From an uncultured bacterium (GTDB lineage: Bacteria > Patescibacteriota > Minisyncoccia > UBA6257 > 2-01-FULL-56-20): a stretch of DNA of 64,000 nt. Both the position numbers and the translations under genes were made by a program. Under the pieces are notes generated by a model. That model saw only the letters and a program-made list of their open reading frames with translations, ran no database searches and had not been told where the DNA came from. Shown in pieces: positions 19,505 through 30,443 of the stretch. Position 1 is the first letter of the stretch. Each line of letters opens with the position of its first letter. The stretch covers positions 642,172 through 706,171 of the forward strand of contig OY970358.1 in NCBI GenBank assembly GCA_963718575.1, written 5' to 3'.

Positions 19505-20191
19505 TTACGCTTTTGCAACGGCAAGTGCTAGGATCTTTTTGGCACCGGCGGATTTGAGGATGTGGCTGGCCTCGGTGAAGGTGGTGCCGGAAGTGGTGAC
19601 GTCGTCCACGAGGACGATCTTTTTGTTCTGCACATTCGCGCCGGGCGCGATGGCGAAGCAGTCCTTAATGTTTTCCCGTCGCTCAAAGATGTCTTCGGTA
19701 TCGCTTTGCGGTTTTCGATGCACGATGCGCGCGAGGACATGTTCTTCAAATGGGATGCCGAGCGCGCGGGCGAACGGGCGCGCGATGAGCGCGGACTGGT
19801 TGAATCCGCGCGCCCGCGCGCGTTTTACGGAGAGCGGCACCGGCGTCACTATATAATTCTGCAGGTCGAGCGGTAGCCGTTTGATATATTTGGCGAGCAT
19901 ATCCGCGAGCGGCGCGGCGGCGGCCTCGATTCCCTGGAACTTGAGCGCATGGATAAGCGCGCGGAGCGATTCGTCGTCGTACGCCGCCGCCGCGCCGAGG
20001 AGGTACGGTGCGTTTTTATGGCAGATCTTCTTTTGCTCCGGAAGCCGCGCGGCGCAGGTGCCGCAGAAGAGCGTATCGAATCCGACGATGCTGTTTTTGC
20101 AGCTATCGCAGATGACGCCATTCGCAATGGAATCGCCGCACCCCACGCACGTTGGAGGAAAAAATATGTCTCCGAAGAAGTTGAAATTCAT
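19505..20191 (-). CDS. comF: ComF family protein (phosphoribosyltransferase domain)
   Basis: N-terminal Cys-rich zinc finger (CVGCG...CDSC) and a PRTase motif VLVDDVTTSGTT. Confidence 0.8.
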   Translation of the reverse strand: MNFNFFGDIFFPPTCVGCGDSIANGVICDSCKNSIVGFDTLFCGTCAARLPEQKKICHKNAPYLLGAAAAYDDESLRALIHALKFQGIEAAAAPLADMLAKYIKRLPLDLQNYIVTPVPLSVKRARARGFNQSALIARPFARALGIPFEEHVLARIVHRKPQSDTEDIFERRENIKDCFAIAPGANVQNKKIVLVDDVTTSGTTFTEASHILKSAGAKKILALAVAKA

Positions 20192-20235
20192 GCTATTATA
20201 TAGTAAAGAAGCCGCATTAAAATCCTATTAATCGG

Positions 20236-21306
20236 ATGTCCTTATTTTCGCAGAACAAATCATGCCTTGGCGTTGATATCGGCACGACCACCATCAAGAT
20301 GGTGGAGGTGACCGCCGGGAAAAGAGGCCCCCGCATTACCAACTACGGGATGTTGGAATCGAGCGGATATCTCGCGCGCGCCAATCAGGCTTTGCAGACG
20401 AGCGGATTGAAGATCTTTGAAAAGGATGCGGTAGCACTCCTCCGAGCCCTTATAAAACAGCTTGGCACGTCGACGAAGGACGCCATCGCCTCGTTGCCGC
20501 CGTTCGACGTGTTCATGACGATCGTTGATTTTCCCGCGATGGATCCGAAGGATGTCGCAAAGGCGCTCGTGTATCAGGCAAAGCAATATGTGCCGATGCC
20601 GCTTTCCGAAGTGGCGCTCGACTGGATGAAGATCGCGGATTATCAGGATGAGAAGGGGTTTGCGCATCAAAAAATATTATTGATCTCCGTCCCGCAGGAG
20701 CAGATAAAAAAATATCAGCATATGTTCGAGGCGGCGGGGTTGCGCCTGCGCGCGCTCGAGATCGAATCGCTTTCTTTGGCGCGCATCTTCGCCGGCGATC
20801 CGACGCCCACGATCGTCGTGGACATCGGGTCCCGATCCACGAACATCATCTTTATGGAAAAAGGGGTGCTTGCGTGGGGCGCGCAGAGCGATATTGCCGC
20901 CGCGTCGCTCACCCAGGCGCTCGTGACGAGCCTGGGGATCAATCCGATGCGCGCCGAAGAGCTCAAGCGGGAGCGGGGAATATCGGGGACGGGACCCAAC
21001 TATGAGTTATCCACAATAATGATGCCGTTTTTGGATGGTATAGTTAATGAGGTGAAGAAGGCGACATACAGTTACCGCCAGCAATTTTCCACGGCATCGA
21101 CCGCGGAGCGCGTCGTGCTCGCGGGAGGTGGCGCGAACCTGTCGGGCATCGAGAAATATTTCGAGAAAGAGTTCGGCATCCCCGTGGTAAAGGTGGCGCC
21201 GTTCTCACGGTTCGAATATCCCGATACGATCGCGCCGTTCGTTCCTGAGCTCGGCGCCCCGATGGCCGTAGCACTCGGCCTGGGAATGAAGCAATTCATC
21301 ACATAA
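20236..21306 (+). CDS. pilM: Type IV pilus assembly protein PilM (actin-like ATPase)
   Basis: GVDIGTTTIKMVEV N-terminus and overall PilM architecture. Confidence 0.8.
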   Translation: MSLFSQNKSCLGVDIGTTTIKMVEVTAGKRGPRITNYGMLESSGYLARANQALQTSGLKIFEKDAVALLRALIKQLGTSTKDAIASLPPFDVFMTIVDFPAMDPKDVAKALVYQAKQYVPMPLSEVALDWMKIADYQDEKGFAHQKILLISVPQEQIKKYQHMFEAAGLRLRALEIESLSLARIFAGDPTPTIVVDIGSRSTNIIFMEKGVLAWGAQSDIAAASLTQALVTSLGINPMRAEELKRERGISGTGPNYELSTIMMPFLDGIVNEVKKATYSYRQQFSTASTAERVVLAGGGANLSGIEKYFEKEFGIPVVKVAPFSRFEYPDTIAPFVPELGAPMAVALGLGMKQFIT

Positions 21307-21313
21307 TCACATC

Positions 21314-21880
21314 ATGCCTCTTCCGGAAAAAGTCATCGAACAATTAGGACAGGAACCCTCCGGGACCCAGGGCTGGGCCACGGGAGCCATCTTTTTTTCG
21401 TTCGGCATCCTTTTTCTTTCTGTTGCGATATACTTTGGGCTCACGTTTGGCTATGCGCCGTATTTGCAGGGGCAACTCAAAGACACGCAGGGCCAGGTGA
21501 CCACGCTGAACAATTCCGTCTCCGCAAGCGAACAATCCCAGCTGATCGATTTTTATTCCCAGATCGCGAATCTTCAGACATTGTTGCAGAACCATGTGCT
21601 TGCCTCGCATTTTTTCACGTGGCTTGAGCAGAACACCGAGGCGAACGTGTATTATCAATCGCTCAACCTCACCCAGGGGACCCAGGTGACGCTTTCGGGC
21701 GTGGCGAAGACCGAGGCCGACATCAATCAGCAGATCGCGATTTTTGAAAACTCTCCCGACGTCTCTTCGGTATCCGTTTCGAACGTCACTGCGCCGCAGC
21801 TCCTCGGCACCGGGCTGGACCTTCAATGCGACGCTCGTCATGAATCCGTCGGTATTTTCGGCATCTACTCAATGATATGA
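21314..21880 (+). CDS. pilN: PilN-like fimbrial assembly protein (C-terminus apparently frameshifted near 21820)
   Basis: N-terminal TM helix plus a periplasmic domain; the C-terminal tail switches frame. Confidence 0.55.
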   Translation: MPLPEKVIEQLGQEPSGTQGWATGAIFFSFGILFLSVAIYFGLTFGYAPYLQGQLKDTQGQVTTLNNSVSASEQSQLIDFYSQIANLQTLLQNHVLASHFFTWLEQNTEANVYYQSLNLTQGTQVTLSGVAKTEADINQQIAIFENSPDVSSVSVSNVTAPQLLGTGLDLQCDARHESVGIFGIYSMI

Positions 21881-22411
21881 AACAAGAGACCAAACGGCTT
21901 TCCAGTATTCATCATCGCGGCGCTGATCATCGCCGGGGCGTTGGTGGTGTACTTCGAATTCATCGTTCCCGCGTACACCAATCTTGAGACCGTCAAAGGC
22001 CAGGAAGAGAGCGAGCAGATGCTCTATGCAAATGAAACTCAGATCGTGACCCAGGTGAAGAACCTTCTTAGCAGCTATCAGAGCGACGCATCGTCCAGCC
22101 AGTCGGTGGCCATGGCGTTGCCGGTGGGTCCGGACGTCTCGGGCGCGCTCGCGCAGATCTATGGTATTGCGGCGAACACGGGAGTGACGATCCAGGGAAC
22201 GGGAGTTTCAACCCGCGCGATACAAGCGGTCGGCGGCGCAGGCGAATATTGCGAGCGTCCCGAGCAGCCAGCTTGTGAATGCCGCCGCTGCCGGATCGAT
22301 CGTCAAGCCGACGGGTACGGTATCGTTCCAGGTCGACGGGATCGGGCAGTTATGAGGCATTCAAGAGCATTCCTTAGGCCCTCGAGACGAACATCCGGAT
22401 ATTCAACGTGA
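21877..22411 (+). pseudogene. pilO: PilO-like protein disrupted by at least 2 frameshifts
   Basis: MKQETKR is followed in another frame by the TM segment FPVFIIAALIIAGALVVYFEF.. (ORF 21941-22411). The C-terminus is garbled. Confidence 0.4.
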
Positions 22412-22533
22412 CCGCGATCTCCTTGCAACCGGTGACGGTTTCACTCGCTATAAAGGACCAGACGGCAAATCAGGATATTTTCAATTACACCATAACGGTC
22501 GTAACCTATTATCAGTCTCCATAAAACAACCTC

Positions 22534-22835
22534 ATGGCGATCATCGTTGAAGAAAGCGAAAAAAAGAGCAATCTGTTCGGCATCGTCGGATGGCTGGTCT
22601 TTTTGGCGATCGCCGGCGCGGCAGTCTATTATCTGTTTTTTGCGCAACCGCAGCTGGTGACCATCCCCGCATCGGGGACGCTTGGCTACGATCGCGCCCA
22701 TCGCGCAGATATCCTTGCAACCGCAGACGGTGGTGCAGGGTCCGGAGTTTTCTGGCGCTGACCTCCACGATCGCATTGCCAACGCCGCAAGGCCCGGCGC
22801 CGGTCGGGCGGACCGATCCGTTCGTCGCACCCTAG
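22534..22835 (+). CDS. Small membrane pilus-assembly-like protein, split over three frames (frameshifts)
   Basis: TM helix LFGIVGWLVFLAIAGAAVYYLFF. The downstream frames continue to ...RTDPFVAP with stop at 22833-35. Confidence 0.3.
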
Positions 22836-22955
22836 CATTATATTGCCACACCCTTTCTGAGGGACGCGTCGCGGTCTGCTGACCGCGCGCTTACTCTCGC
22901 CGCCTGCGCGGATCCGAGATGCCCCCAGAAAGGGTGTGGCAATATAATGCTAGGG
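22830..22955 (+). repeat. Hairpin repeat element copy A: 30-bp perfect inverted repeat enclosing a conserved core
   Basis: Arms 22830-22859 and 22926-22955 (CTAGCATTATATTGCCACACCCTTTCTG / reverse complement). The core begins GGGACGCGTCGCGGTCTGCTGACCGCGCGCTTAC, shared with copies at 57017, 58009, 62509 and 62662. Confidence 0.7.
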
Positions 22956-23010
22956 GACAAAAATAACTTTATAAATAAAATTATTTTGCCCAGCGTGGTA
23001 GAATAGAGAC

Positions 23011-24738
23011 ATGACGTAGCGATGAACTTCTCCAACAACTGCAGAGTCGGGGATTGATCACCGAGGCGATCGCCGCGCGGCTTAAGCGCGATGCGATCGT
23101 GGGAAACGAATCGGCGGAAGATATCATCGAGCGCGAGCAGATCGTGCCCGATGAACAGCTTGCGTCGCTTAAGAGCGAGCTGCTCAAGGTTCCTTATAAG
23201 AAGATAGATCCGAACGCGCTGACCGCGGAGCTGATGGGCGTCGTGCCCGAAGAGACCGCGCGGACGTATCATGCCGTTCCGATCAGCCTGCAGGACGGAT
23301 CTGCTCGTCGTCGGCATGCTGCATCCGGACGATCCAAAGGCGCAGGAAGCGATGAAGTTCATCGCGCGGCAGAATCATTTCAATCTCGGCGTTTATCTTG
23401 TCTCGTACAAGGACCTTGCAGGCGGCGCTCCGGAAATATTCTCCCGTATCGTGCGGAAGTGGAGGCGGCCGTGCGATCGCTGAACTTAAAAGACGGATCG
23501 GACGGCCAGCGAGGCGATCGAACTCGAAGGAGGCGACAGCGCCGATGCGCCGATCATCAAGATCGTCGCGGATACATTCAAGGAGGCGGTGCTCAATAAG
23601 GCGTCGGACGTGCATATCGAGCCGCAGCAAAAATCGTTGCGCATCCGCTTGCGCATTGACGGCGATCTGCGCGAAGTGGCGTCGATGCCGGTGGAGCTTG
23701 CCCAGCCGATCACGTCGCGCATCAAGGTCATTTCCAGTTTGAAGATCGACGAGAATCGCGTGCCGCAGGACGGCCGCTTCCGCGCAAAACTGTTCGATCG
23801 CGATATCGACTTCCGCGTCGCCACGTTTCCGACGCCGCTCGGCGAGAAGATCGCCATCCGCGTGCTCGATCCCACGACCGGCCTCAAGAATTTCGAGCAG
23901 CTTCGATCTTCTCGACGCCCACGCGCGAGATCATCAAAGAAGGATTGGCAAAAGCCGTTCGGCATGGTGCTCATCACCGGCCCCACCGGTTCCGGAAAGA
24001 CGACGACGCTCTACGCATTTTTGCAATCAATGAACACCGAGGATGTGAACATCGTCTCGCTCGAAGACCCGGTGGAATATTTCGTTTCAGGCATTAACCA
24101 GTCGCAGGTGCGTCCGGAGATCGGCTACGACTTCGCATCGGGATTGCGACAGATCTTGCGCCAGGACCCGGACATCATCATGGTCGGTGAGATCCGCGAC
24201 AACGAGACCGCCGGCCTTGCGGTGCAAGCCGCGCTCACCGGCCATGTCGTGCTTTCCACACTGCACACCAACAACAGCGCGGGCGTCATCCCGCGGCTCA
24301 TCGATATGAAGGTGGAGCCGTTCCTTATCCCGGTATCGCTCAGCCTTGATGATCGCCCAGCGTCTCGTGGGCGTGCTCTGCCCGAACTGTAAAGCGCCCG
24401 AATCGGCGCCGGCGGAGGTGCAGAAGATCATCACGCGCGCGCTTGCCGACCTTCCGCCGGATATCACTGCGGATTTCAAGGCGCCGTATCAGATCTATCA
24501 CGCAAAAGGATGTGCCACGTGCAAGGGCCGCGGCGTTCTCGGCCGCACCGGCATCTTCGAGGCATTCGCCGTCACAAAGGAGATCGAGGATATCGTGAGC
24601 GCCGGCGTCACCACGCAAAAGATCACGGCGCAGGCGAAAGCGCAGGGGATGATCACATTACGCCAGGATGGGATCGTGAAGGCGTTAAGGGGAATCGTAT
24701 CGATCGAAGAGATCATTCGGGAAACGGAGGAGGCGTAG
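23011..24738 (+). pseudogene. pilB: Type IV pilus assembly ATPase PilB/GspE, fragmented by about 6-7 frameshifts
   Basis: Pieces recognizable in three frames: N-domain ELLQQLQSRGLITEAIAARL; Walker A GPTGSGKTTT; Asp/His boxes; C-terminal Cys4 motif CPNCK..CATCKGRG. The frameshift sits right after ATG 23011. Confidence 0.7.
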
Positions 24739-24787
24739 AATACTCCTCCTGTTCCGCTTACCTTTCTTGATGTGGTAATATTAGTGC

Positions 24788-25863
24788 ATGGATGACTTCA
24801 AGCAACAGCTGAATGATCTTTTGACGACGACGGCGAAGCAGAATGCGTCGGATCTTCACCTTGCGGTGGGCCGCAAGCCGACCCTGCGCATCGACGGGGT
24901 GCTCGATCCCGCTCGAAAAAGAGCCGATCATGACGCCGGAATCGGCGGAAGGGATCATTTCGCAGATGCTCACGCCGGAGCAGAAGACGAAATTGCTCAC
25001 CCAGCGCCAGATCGACTTCGCGTACAGCTTCGAAGAGAAGGCGCGGTTCCGCGTGAACGTCTATTTCCAGCGCGGATATCTCGCCGCCGCGTTGCGTCTT
25101 ATCCCTACGCGCATCAAAACGATCGAAGAGCTGAACCTTCCGCCGTTGCTTCATGACTTCGCCCAGCTCTCGCAGGGATTCGTGCTTGTGGTGGGGCCGG
25201 CCGGGCATGGAAAATCGTCCACGCTCGCCGCGATCGTGGATGAGATCAATCACACGCGCACCGACCACATCATCACGATCGAGGATCCGGTGGAATATCT
25301 TTTTACGCAGGACAAATGCATCGTCTCGCAGCGCGAGGTCGGCAGTGACACCACGAGTTTCCATTCCGCGCTCCGCACCGTGCTGCGACAGGACCCGGAC
25401 GTCGTGATGATCGGCGAGATGCGCGACGGCGTTTCGATCGGCACGGCCATGACCGCATCCGAAACGGGACACCTCGTGCGTTTCCACGCTGCACACCAAC
25501 TCCGCGTCACAGACGATCGACCGCATCATCGATTCCTTCCCGGCGGATCAGCAGGGACAGGTCACGTCACAGCTTGCCGCGACGCTCGTCGCGATCATAT
25601 CGATCCGTCTGCTCCCGCGCATCTCCGGCGGCCGCATTCCGGCGATGGAGATCATGATCGTGAATCCCGCCATCCGCAATCTTATCCGCGAGCGCAAGAC
25701 CTATCAGATCGACCTCGTCATCGAAACGAGCTTGCAGGAGGGCATGGTGACGCTCAACCGCTCGCTCGTGAATCTGATAAAAAATAAAGAGGTGACGCTC
25801 GACAATGCGGAGTTGTATTCGCTTAACCCGGCCGAACTCCGTATTTTGTTGGAGCGGACCTAA
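24788..25863 (+). pseudogene. pilT: Twitching-motility ATPase PilT with 2 frameshifts (about 24905 and about 25480)
   Basis: MDDFKQQLNDLL..., then Walker A GPAGHGKSST and ...STLHTNSA..., spread across frames. Confidence 0.7.
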
Positions 25864-25866
25864 CGA

Positions 25867-27080
25867 ATGAAATTCAAGTATCAGGCCAAAACAAAAGAAG
25901 GTGCGACGCAGGTGGGATTTGTGGAGGCGGCGAACCGCGATGCGGCAAGCGCGATCCTCGCGAGCCACGAACTTTTTGTGCTGAGCGTCGTCGCGGATCA
26001 GCCGCCGACCGCGCTCGATAACATTGCGGGATTTTTCGGCCGCGTGGGACGCAAAGATCTCATCGTCTTCACCCGTCAGCTTGCAACACTGCTCGAGGCG
26101 CGCCTCCCGTTGAACAATGCGCTCAAAATTTTATTCGAGCAGACCACCAATAAAAATCTCAAAGAGGCCATTTCGCAGGTGACCTATGACATCGATGCGG
26201 GCATATCGTTCTCCGCGGCGATGGAACGGCAGGGAAAGATATTTCCCGATTATTATATTGAGATGGTGCGCGCCGCCGAGGTCACGGGCAATATGAACGA
26301 GGTTGCGGCATTCCTTGCGGACTATACCGAAAAGGAAGGAGACCTTGCGAGCAAAGGCATCGTCGGCGCTTGTGTATCCTGGGCATCGTCGTCGTGCTTT
26401 TCGTCGTCGTAGCGTTCATCCTTCTCACATTCGTCTATCCGTCGCTCGGCGGCGTGTTTGCGGAAAACGGCGTCGCGCTTCCATGGTATACGCAGATACT
26501 CTTGAACACGGGGACGTTCCTGAACAAGTGGTGGGTCGCCGTCGTGGTCGCCGTCATCGCCCTTGCCGCGGTAGCCGTCAATTATTTCCAGACGGAAGAA
26601 GGCGAGGCGATCCTCGACGAGGCGAAGATCCGCCTGCCGATCGTGAAGCAGGTCTATCTGCCGGTCATCATGGCGCGGTTCGGCAATTCGGCGGCGCTGC
26701 TCGTGCACGGCGGTATTCCCATTGCGCAGTCGCTCGAGATCATCGGGCACATGGTGGGGAATGTGCTCTATCGTGATGTCGTGCATGAGATCGCGGAAGA
26801 TGTGCGGCAGGGAACCCTCCTTTCGGCGAGCATCGCGAAATATCCGCAATATTTCCCGCCGCTCATTTCGCAGATGGTGGCGGTAGGGGAAACGACGGGG
26901 AAGATCGAAGAGATGTTCGCGCGGCTTTCCGGCATCTATACCCGCGAGGCGGATGCGATCACCAACAACCTCGTGGACCTTATCCAGCCGGTGCTCATGA
27001 TCGGCATCGGCGTCATGGTGGGCCTCCTTTTTGCCTCCATTCTCATCCCTATTTACAGCCTCACGGAGAGCATCCATTGA
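25867..27080 (+). CDS. pilC: Type IV pilus platform protein PilC (one frameshift near 26365)
   Basis: GspF/PilC repeats and TM segments; the two halves are in different frames. Confidence 0.7.
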
Positions 27081-27119
27081 AAATGGTACAATAAAAGGGT
27101 CGAAACATACTTTATCAAC

Positions 27120-27614
27120 ATGAACATAAAACAAAAAGAGGGATTCACCCTTATTGAAATCTTAATCGTCGTCGCGATCATCGCCATTCTCGCATCGGTC
27201 GTGCTCGTCGGCCTCGGTCCAACGCAGGAAGCCGGTCGTGACGCGCGGAGAATTTCGGATCTGAGCGAGGTGCAGAACGGTCTGGAGCTTTACTATAACG
27301 AGTGCGGCTTTTATCCGGGGCCGGCACAGGCAGCTACCCCTTGCAGCGCTTTCGGCAGCCCGCTTACCTCTTGGTCGGATTTGAGTGCTTCGCTTACCGG
27401 AACTCCCGGAATCGGCGTGGCGAACGTTCCTAACGATCCAAGTTCCGGACGCAGTTATGAGTACGGTACGGACAGTATCGGAAGTACGTATGTCCTTGAG
27501 GCGACGCTCGAGAACGGAGGGAACTCGGTGTTCACCGGTTATAATCCGCCTTCCCTTACCGGGATAGCGAACATAACTTCGTGTGCGTCCCCGAGCTATT
27601 GTAAGACTCTTTGA
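27120..27614 (+). CDS. Type IV pilin (major pilin candidate)
   Basis: Prepilin leader MNIKQKE and the G-FTLIEILIVVAIIAILA class III signal/methylation motif. Confidence 0.8.
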   Translation: MNIKQKEGFTLIEILIVVAIIAILASVVLVGLGPTQEAGRDARRISDLSEVQNGLELYYNECGFYPGPAQAATPCSAFGSPLTSWSDLSASLTGTPGIGVANVPNDPSSGRSYEYGTDSIGSTYVLEATLENGGNSVFTGYNPPSLTGIANITSCASPSYCKTL

Positions 27615-27676
27615 TCTGCTTGATGTAAGGAATACCCAAAATCCCGCTCCGGCGGGTTTTTTGGTAGAATGGGTCT

Positions 27677-28537
27677 ATGCTGTGGTTTTTTCTTTTTGTC
27701 TTCGGGATCATCTTCGGAAGTTTTTTGAACGTGGTGATTTTGCGCTACGACGGCGAGCGATTTTTGCTCGACGTGAAAACGCTCGGCGGGCGATCGCATT
27801 GCATGCATTGCGGGAAGACCTTGCGGTGGTTCGAACTCGTGCCGATCTTTAGTTTTGTCATCCAGCGCGGCCGGTGCCGGCGGTGTGATGCGCGGCTCAA
27901 TGTCCAGTATCCGATCGTGGAAGCGTTGTCGGGATCGATCTTCGTGTTCGTGCCGTTTGTATTTGGCGCCGCCGCGGGCGGCATTGCGGGCCCGCTTCTC
28001 ATCGTCGCCATCGTATGGGTCTCCGTATTCGAGGCATTGCTCGTCATGTCCGCCGTCGATATCCGGCTCGGCATCATTCCCGATGAGATCAATGTATTCC
28101 TCGGCGTGATCGGCGTTTTTCTTGCGATCATTTCCGCGGGATATTTCGGCGCGGCGAATCAGTCGTTGCTCGGTCCTTACGCGGCGCTCTTCGGCTGGCA
28201 GGGGAACGTGGTCCTTGCCAGGCTGATCGGCGCCGCGGCGAGCGGCATCTTCTTTGCGGCGCTCATCGGCGTCACCCGGGGCAAAGGCATGGGGATTGGC
28301 GATCTCAAGCTCGCCATCCCGCTCGGCCTGATCTTCGGCTGGCCGGACATCATTTTTTTGATGGTGTTCGCATTTGTTCTCGGCGCGCTCGCGGGCATCA
28401 TCGCCATCGCAGGCGGAAAGAACAGCATGAAAGGGACGCTCCCGTTCGGACCATTCCTCGCGCTCGGCGCTGCGACGATATTTTTCTGGGGGCCGCAGAT
28501 CTTCAACTGGTATTTTTCGCTGATCGGCATTCGGTGA
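27677..28537 (+). CDS. pilD: Prepilin peptidase (A24 family)
   Basis: Cys4 motif CMHCG...CRRCDA, multiple TM helices and conserved Asp residues. TGGTAGAAT lies 6 nt upstream of the ATG. Confidence 0.85.
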   Translation: MLWFFLFVFGIIFGSFLNVVILRYDGERFLLDVKTLGGRSHCMHCGKTLRWFELVPIFSFVIQRGRCRRCDARLNVQYPIVEALSGSIFVFVPFVFGAAAGGIAGPLLIVAIVWVSVFEALLVMSAVDIRLGIIPDEINVFLGVIGVFLAIISAGYFGAANQSLLGPYAALFGWQGNVVLARLIGAAASGIFFAALIGVTRGKGMGIGDLKLAIPLGLIFGWPDIIFLMVFAFVLGALAGIIAIAGGKNSMKGTLPFGPFLALGAATIFFWGPQIFNWYFSLIGIR

Positions 28538-28566
28538 GGATGCCGGGGAAGTGATAGAATACTTAT

Positions 28567-29178
28567 ATGCAGAGAAAAGGCTTTACCCTGATAGAGGTTC
28601 TCGTCGTGCTCGCACTCACCGCGCTGCTTTCCGGGATTGCCATCGGCTACACGCACGTGGGGCAGAATGACGTATCGCTTTCCATCGAAGAATCGGAAAT
28701 CGCCCAGATGATCCTCGAGGCAAAGGAACTCTCCATTGCAACGTACAGCTCGAACAGCGTCACGTGCGCATTCGGGGTGCAATTCGATTACGTAAATTCA
28801 ACCTATTCGCTTTTTGCCTATGATGCGGCGGCGAGCCCGTCGCAACCCGGCGGTCGGCCTTTGTGTCCGTCGCTTGCGGGGACGGCCGCAAGCGTGGATC
28901 AAAATGCGATCACCGAATATGCGAACGGGAGTTGGCAGGTGCATACGCCGCCAGGCGTCGTGCTTGATGCCTCCGCAGATCCTGTCGCAAGCGATACCAT
29001 TCAGGATGTGTTGTTCTATCCCCCGAACCCGTTCACATTGATGAGTTTTGATGGCCAGACATTTCAGGATGACTATACGAATCCTCCGGCATCGACGGGG
29101 TATGTCTATCTGAGCACTGTTGGCGGCACTGACAGCCGCACAATAAGCGTGAATACTGACGGCCAGGTCAGTTTATAG
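28567..29178 (+). CDS. Minor pilin / pseudopilin (prepilin-type N-terminus)
   Basis: MQRKGFTLIEVLVVLALTALL. Confidence 0.65.
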   Translation: MQRKGFTLIEVLVVLALTALLSGIAIGYTHVGQNDVSLSIEESEIAQMILEAKELSIATYSSNSVTCAFGVQFDYVNSTYSLFAYDAAASPSQPGGRPLCPSLAGTAASVDQNAITEYANGSWQVHTPPGVVLDASADPVASDTIQDVLFYPPNPFTLMSFDGQTFQDDYTNPPASTGYVYLSTVGGTDSRTISVNTDGQVSL

Positions 29179-29179
29179 A

Positions 29180-29758
29180 ATGCGCGATATACGATACTAT
29201 CTATCCATGAGCCCATTGAAATTCTCCATCCGTTCGCGTCGCGGCCAAACGCTCATTGAGGCGCTCGTCGCGCTCAGCATCCTCACCACCGGATTCATCG
29301 GCATCGTGGCGCTTCTCACAAAGTCATTCCAATTGAACCGCACGACGACGAACGACACGCAGGCGACCTACCTTGCGGCCGAGGGGATCGAGATCGTAAA
29401 GAATCTGAGCGACCACGACATCTATTCCGGGTTGCCGAATAATGACGGTTTCGCGCAGTGCTTTGGTCTTGGTCAGGGGCAGACTGGATACTTTAAACTT
29501 GAATACGATACGATGACGTGCCCACCCCCCGTGTATGTCGGGCCGGCGAGCTACCTTTCAGACCCCCTCTATTTCAATTCGGCCACTCACCTCTATACTT
29601 ACAGCACCCTTGGCGCAACACAGACCGATTTTGCCCGTGAGGTAAAAATAACCAACGACGGCGAGGACCTTGACGTGCAGTCGACTGTCACCTGGAGCGA
29701 TGGCGGAACTTCAAACACCATCACCCTTGAGGATCATTTTTACGATTATCATCCATAA
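29180..29758 (+). CDS. Minor pilin-like protein
   Basis: RRGQTLIEALVALSILTTGFIGIVALL is a prepilin-type segment. Confidence 0.55.
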   Translation: MRDIRYYLSMSPLKFSIRSRRGQTLIEALVALSILTTGFIGIVALLTKSFQLNRTTTNDTQATYLAAEGIEIVKNLSDHDIYSGLPNNDGFAQCFGLGQGQTGYFKLEYDTMTCPPPVYVGPASYLSDPLYFNSATHLYTYSTLGATQTDFAREVKITNDGEDLDVQSTVTWSDGGTSNTITLEDHFYDYHP

Positions 29759-29759
29759 C

Positions 29760-30386
29760 ATGAAGAAAGGATTCACCCTCATAGAGATGCTTATCACGGT
29801 CGGGCTGTTCACGATCGTCATCACGATCGCGGTGGGCGCGTTTACGAATGCGATCCGTACGGAACGCCAGGTCTCGTCGCTCATCTCCGCGGAGAGCAAT
29901 GTGAGCCTCGCGCTCGAACAGATGACGCGCGAGATCCGCAATGGGTATCTCTTCTGTCACGACCCCGGGGCCGCCGCTACGGATCCTCCTTCGCCGAGCT
30001 GCAACGATGCTAATAATTCCTCAATGCCGACGTGTACGACTTCAGGCAACCCCGATGATCCGGTGTGGACGTGTCCATCCCTCGACTTCTACGATTCCGA
30101 AACCGGCGATCACATAAATTATTCCTGGGCCGGCGGCTCACTCACGGAAAGCATCAACTCGAGCACCCCCCAATCTATCACGGGCGACAGCGTTTCGGTA
30201 AAGGACCTTCAGTTCGTGCTCTTTGGCCAGACAGAAGGGGATCATTGGCCGCCGCGCATCACCATTTCCCTTGGCATTGCGCCAAGTTCCACTGATCCTG
30301 CTGTCGAGAACGACATCTTCAACCTTGAGACCACGGTGAGCGCGCGTACGATAGACTGCACGCTTGGCCCAAATCCGCAGTGTTAG
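29760..30386 (+). CDS. Minor pilin / pseudopilin
   Basis: MKKGFTLIEMLITVGLFTIVITIAVGAF. Confidence 0.65.
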   Translation: MKKGFTLIEMLITVGLFTIVITIAVGAFTNAIRTERQVSSLISAESNVSLALEQMTREIRNGYLFCHDPGAAATDPPSPSCNDANNSSMPTCTTSGNPDDPVWTCPSLDFYDSETGDHINYSWAGGSLTESINSSTPQSITGDSVSVKDLQFVLFGQTEGDHWPPRITISLGIAPSSTDPAVENDIFNLETTVSARTIDCTLGPNPQC

Positions 30387-30443
30387 AAAAGGCGATCCAT
30401 TATCCACAACCCCCGTTTCCGGAATATCTGGTAAGATAAGAGC

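Noticed and set aside
22838-23362. ORFs translating to ...SARSADRDASL... at 22838, 56744, 56970, 57878, 62387 and 62415
   Set aside because: These reading frames run through the conserved core of the hairpin repeat family. The shared peptide reflects the DNA repeat, not a protein family.
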